Of a DNA stretch of 64,000 nucleotides, positions 61,238 to 64,000 are shown piece after piece. Source of the DNA: Narcine bancroftii (Eukaryota); the NCBI RefSeq assembly GCF_036971445.1, contig NC_091476.1:94860001-94924000 (forward strand), given 5' to 3'. The notes under the pieces are model-generated. The model saw nothing but the letters and a program-made list of their open reading frames with translations, had not been told where the DNA came from and searched no databases. Both the position numbers and the translations under genes were made by a program. Each line of letters begins with the position of its first letter. Positions within the stretch are counted from its first letter, which is position 1.

Positions 61238-62429
61238 AATGATAACCTAAATCAAATCATATCATATACATATCAGTTGTAAATTAGAAGCATTAACCAT
61301 AATTACTACATAACATTTTGTTCAGGACTTCAAATTCTATAATTATAATAATCAAACAATCAAATAATAGCTCGTACTATGTCCAAAATAATATTGAATA
61401 TAAAATTATACAAATAATACATGTAAAATTTCCTTATATAAGATATTTTATATTTCTCTGATGTGATCATGTTCTGCGATATGATCTGTAATTTGTTGTG
61501 AAACATCTTGATCAATATTACATCCTAATGGAGCAGTATTGAATTTTGACATGGCAAGATCTCACAAATGTAGATCCTCACAATAGGATGAACCTTCATG
61601 GGACTAAAAGGTAACAAATAAAACAGTGTATCGGGAAGAATGTAGAAAAAAAAGTGAATGAGATAAAAGGAATGGTCGGTAAAGAGTCCAAACTGATCAA
61701 ATGGCAGAAGTGATCACTGTTCAAGTCTGAAGAACTTCATTTATTTCAATGGATGCTGACAGGCTTTGTTATATTTTCATCAGAAACATTTTTAATTTTC
61801 AACATCAACAGACAAGTTGTTTTTCCTGTCAACTTTAACTGAAGAATTATCAGTTTCCTCATCATGAACGTAATTACCTTGTGATTTCAACTTTTGTAAC
61901 GTCTCCATATCACAGCAACGACGAGGTGCAATATGTTTGAGCTTCAGCTTTGGCTCTGTATGCCCAAATTAGGTGACATGATTTTCCTCGTGTATCTTAA
62001 TCTGCTGCAGATGCATTGCAGGAAGAATGTAATAAAAAACATCCTCATTACTTTCAATTATTCAATTCAGGTTCTAATTATAAAACTCAGATTCGTTATA
62101 ATGCAATCAACTGAGGATTTAGGCTTATTTGACTTGCTAATAAATGCATCAGTCATTTAGGGAGCTGAGTTTAATTTACAGGAAGTGAGCTTTCAAAGCA
62201 AAAATGTTCCATTTGTTTTATTAAGGATCAGTAAAGATACATTAATTCAGCAATGAATGCAAACTCCTGATATGTGGAGCTTTATTTTATCACAGAAAGA
62301 TTAGAGAGAAGAATTGTCATCAAAATTCTTTGGCTCACAATGCACAGGCCAGGCACCCTTACAATCGTGAATAATTGTTAACTCTCAATGTGTCTCCATA
62401 CTTTCCACTAAGGTTGTATTTTTGAGGTT

Positions 62430-62605
62430 TTTTTTAATCCATGCCGCTCAATTAACCTACAGCCCTTGGTGCATTTAAAATGGTGGGAGGAAACTGGAGC
62501 CCCCATAGAAAACCCACAAGGACAAGGGGAGAATGTACAAACCCCGGTCCCCACTGCTGGTGCTGTAAAGGCGTTGCGGTAACCACTACACCAACTATGC
62601 CACTC
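62430..62605 (-). mobile_element. V-SINE (HE1-like)
   Basis: Minus strand: A-box-like TGGTGTAGTGG then V-domain TTTGTACATTCTCCCC...GCTCCAGTTTCCTCCCAC. Confidence 0.7.
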
Positions 62606-63229
62606 TAAGGTTTCTGAGGAGTTCAGCTTCAACTTTGGAGCTTCAACATTATTCCAGCTCCTTTGTGCTTCCCAAGCTGTTAAAATGGAGAAATCAATCA
62701 GCAAGCATTCAATCCATCATTTAGTTATTTTACCTTTTGAGGGCACTGTCAGTCCAAGTAAAAAGTAAATAGACCAAGTTCCTTGATCACAGTGGGGTAG
62801 CTGCATTATTTATAAGATTAGCTTCAGTTCACTATGCTTCCAACCTTTCTGTGTCATCCATCATGAGGGATATAAGGACAAGGACCAAAGCTCAGCAAAC
62901 TATCCTGTACATTGTCAGAGTAAAGATCACTCAGTAGACAATAATCTTGGATATATTCAAATATGAGCTTTAGTACACCCAGTACTTATATTTTTGTTCT
63001 CTTTCCCTTGTCCCCTTACCTCCATGCGTCCAGCTCCCTACCCACTTCCTTTTCTTCTCCAGAGAATTACTCATTTTTTTCCCTCTGCCCTCTCCCCACA
63101 TATTTCTCACCTACCCTCCCACCTGTATCAATTACATCTTGGATAGAGTCTATGCTCCTCTCTCACTTCACCTCCCAGCATCTGCACATTTTTTGTTTAC
63201 CTCCTTGTTAGTGTTTACAACATTACAAC

Positions 63230-63800
63230 ATTATTATTCTCACCAAAATTCTTTTGTGATTTGAGCACAAGAGCACCAGAATTTTTTTATTCTTTTCATC
63301 TGGTTTCCCATAACTTGTACTTCACTATCTGTATGTCTAACTGGTTCACATGGCTGATATTTACCTGATTAAAATGAGATTTGCCAAAGTGTGGCCCATT
63401 TCTCTAAATTTGCATGGATTTGATTGCTCCTCTGCACCACATGAAATCTGGCAAGGATATCATCTGCAAATTCAATTCCTAACACTCCTCTCAGTTCCAT
63501 AATAAAAACCATGAACTATATTAAGTGGCTTGTTCTTTGGGCTACACCATTAGTGGCATCTTTCCAAATGGAACCACACATTAATGCAAACATCTTGGCC
63601 ACAGGACTGAAGTTAATTTATAATCTAGCATTTCAAATTTCTACTACTGATACTTGACAATCTTGGGAAGTAATCCAGTATTTACTACAATTCTTCAGCC
63701 ACAAGGACCAAAGTTTAAAAGGTTTCTAAAAGTTCACTGAAGAATGTATTAAATATTTCAGAATACGTATGGATAGTAATTTGAAGAATTTATATACATT
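63230..63800 (-). mobile_element. Very old CR1/L2 RT fragment
   Basis: Minus-strand remnants NGVAQ, EFADD and LEKWATLWQISF. Confidence 0.5.
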
Positions 63801-64000
63801 GATTTATATACATTGAACTATAACTTTGGTTGGAAGGGTGAATAGAATAAAGATGAATGTATTTCCAAGGACACAACATCTTTTGCAGATGTTACCAAAA
63901 TTAATACATCAAAATATTTTTCAAGAAACGAGTAAGGAAATTTCTTTGGGAAGGTGAAATGCCAAGTGTTTCCAGAGAGAAGCTAATGTGGAAATATGGA

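Overview
Eukaryotic, vertebrate-type repeat-rich DNA. The repeat spectrum (CR1 with (TTCTATGT)n tails, V-SINE/HE1-like SINEs, Penelope pieces, Rex1/Babar) suggests a cartilaginous fish; this is inference. I cannot support any host protein-coding gene. The window is a stack of nested retroelements and MITEs. (1) A very young, apparently intact Mag-like Gypsy element (38545-43507; 240-bp LTRs differing at 2 sites, GCAGC TSD, one ~1458-aa gag-pol ORF) inside an RTE LINE, inside an inverted-subrepeat element, between two Penelope remnants. (2) An older relative of that Gypsy family (14164-24418) split by a full-length L1. (3) Two CsRn1-clade Gypsy relics. (4) A BEL/Pao element carrying Gmr1-like pieces inside a Rex1 LINE. 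(5) Several CR1, hAT, Harbinger and SINE copies. Best lead: both Mag-like elements lack a tRNA primer-binding site. The 14 nt after the 5' LTR are instead complementary to the element's own poly(A)-signal region, and the paired sequences differ between the two families while keeping complementarity. Both elements also have YLDN in place of YxDD at the RT active site. This suggests a tRNA-independent (self-priming and/or poly(A)-occluding) LTR retrotransposon lineage. All coordinates and alignments were read by eye.
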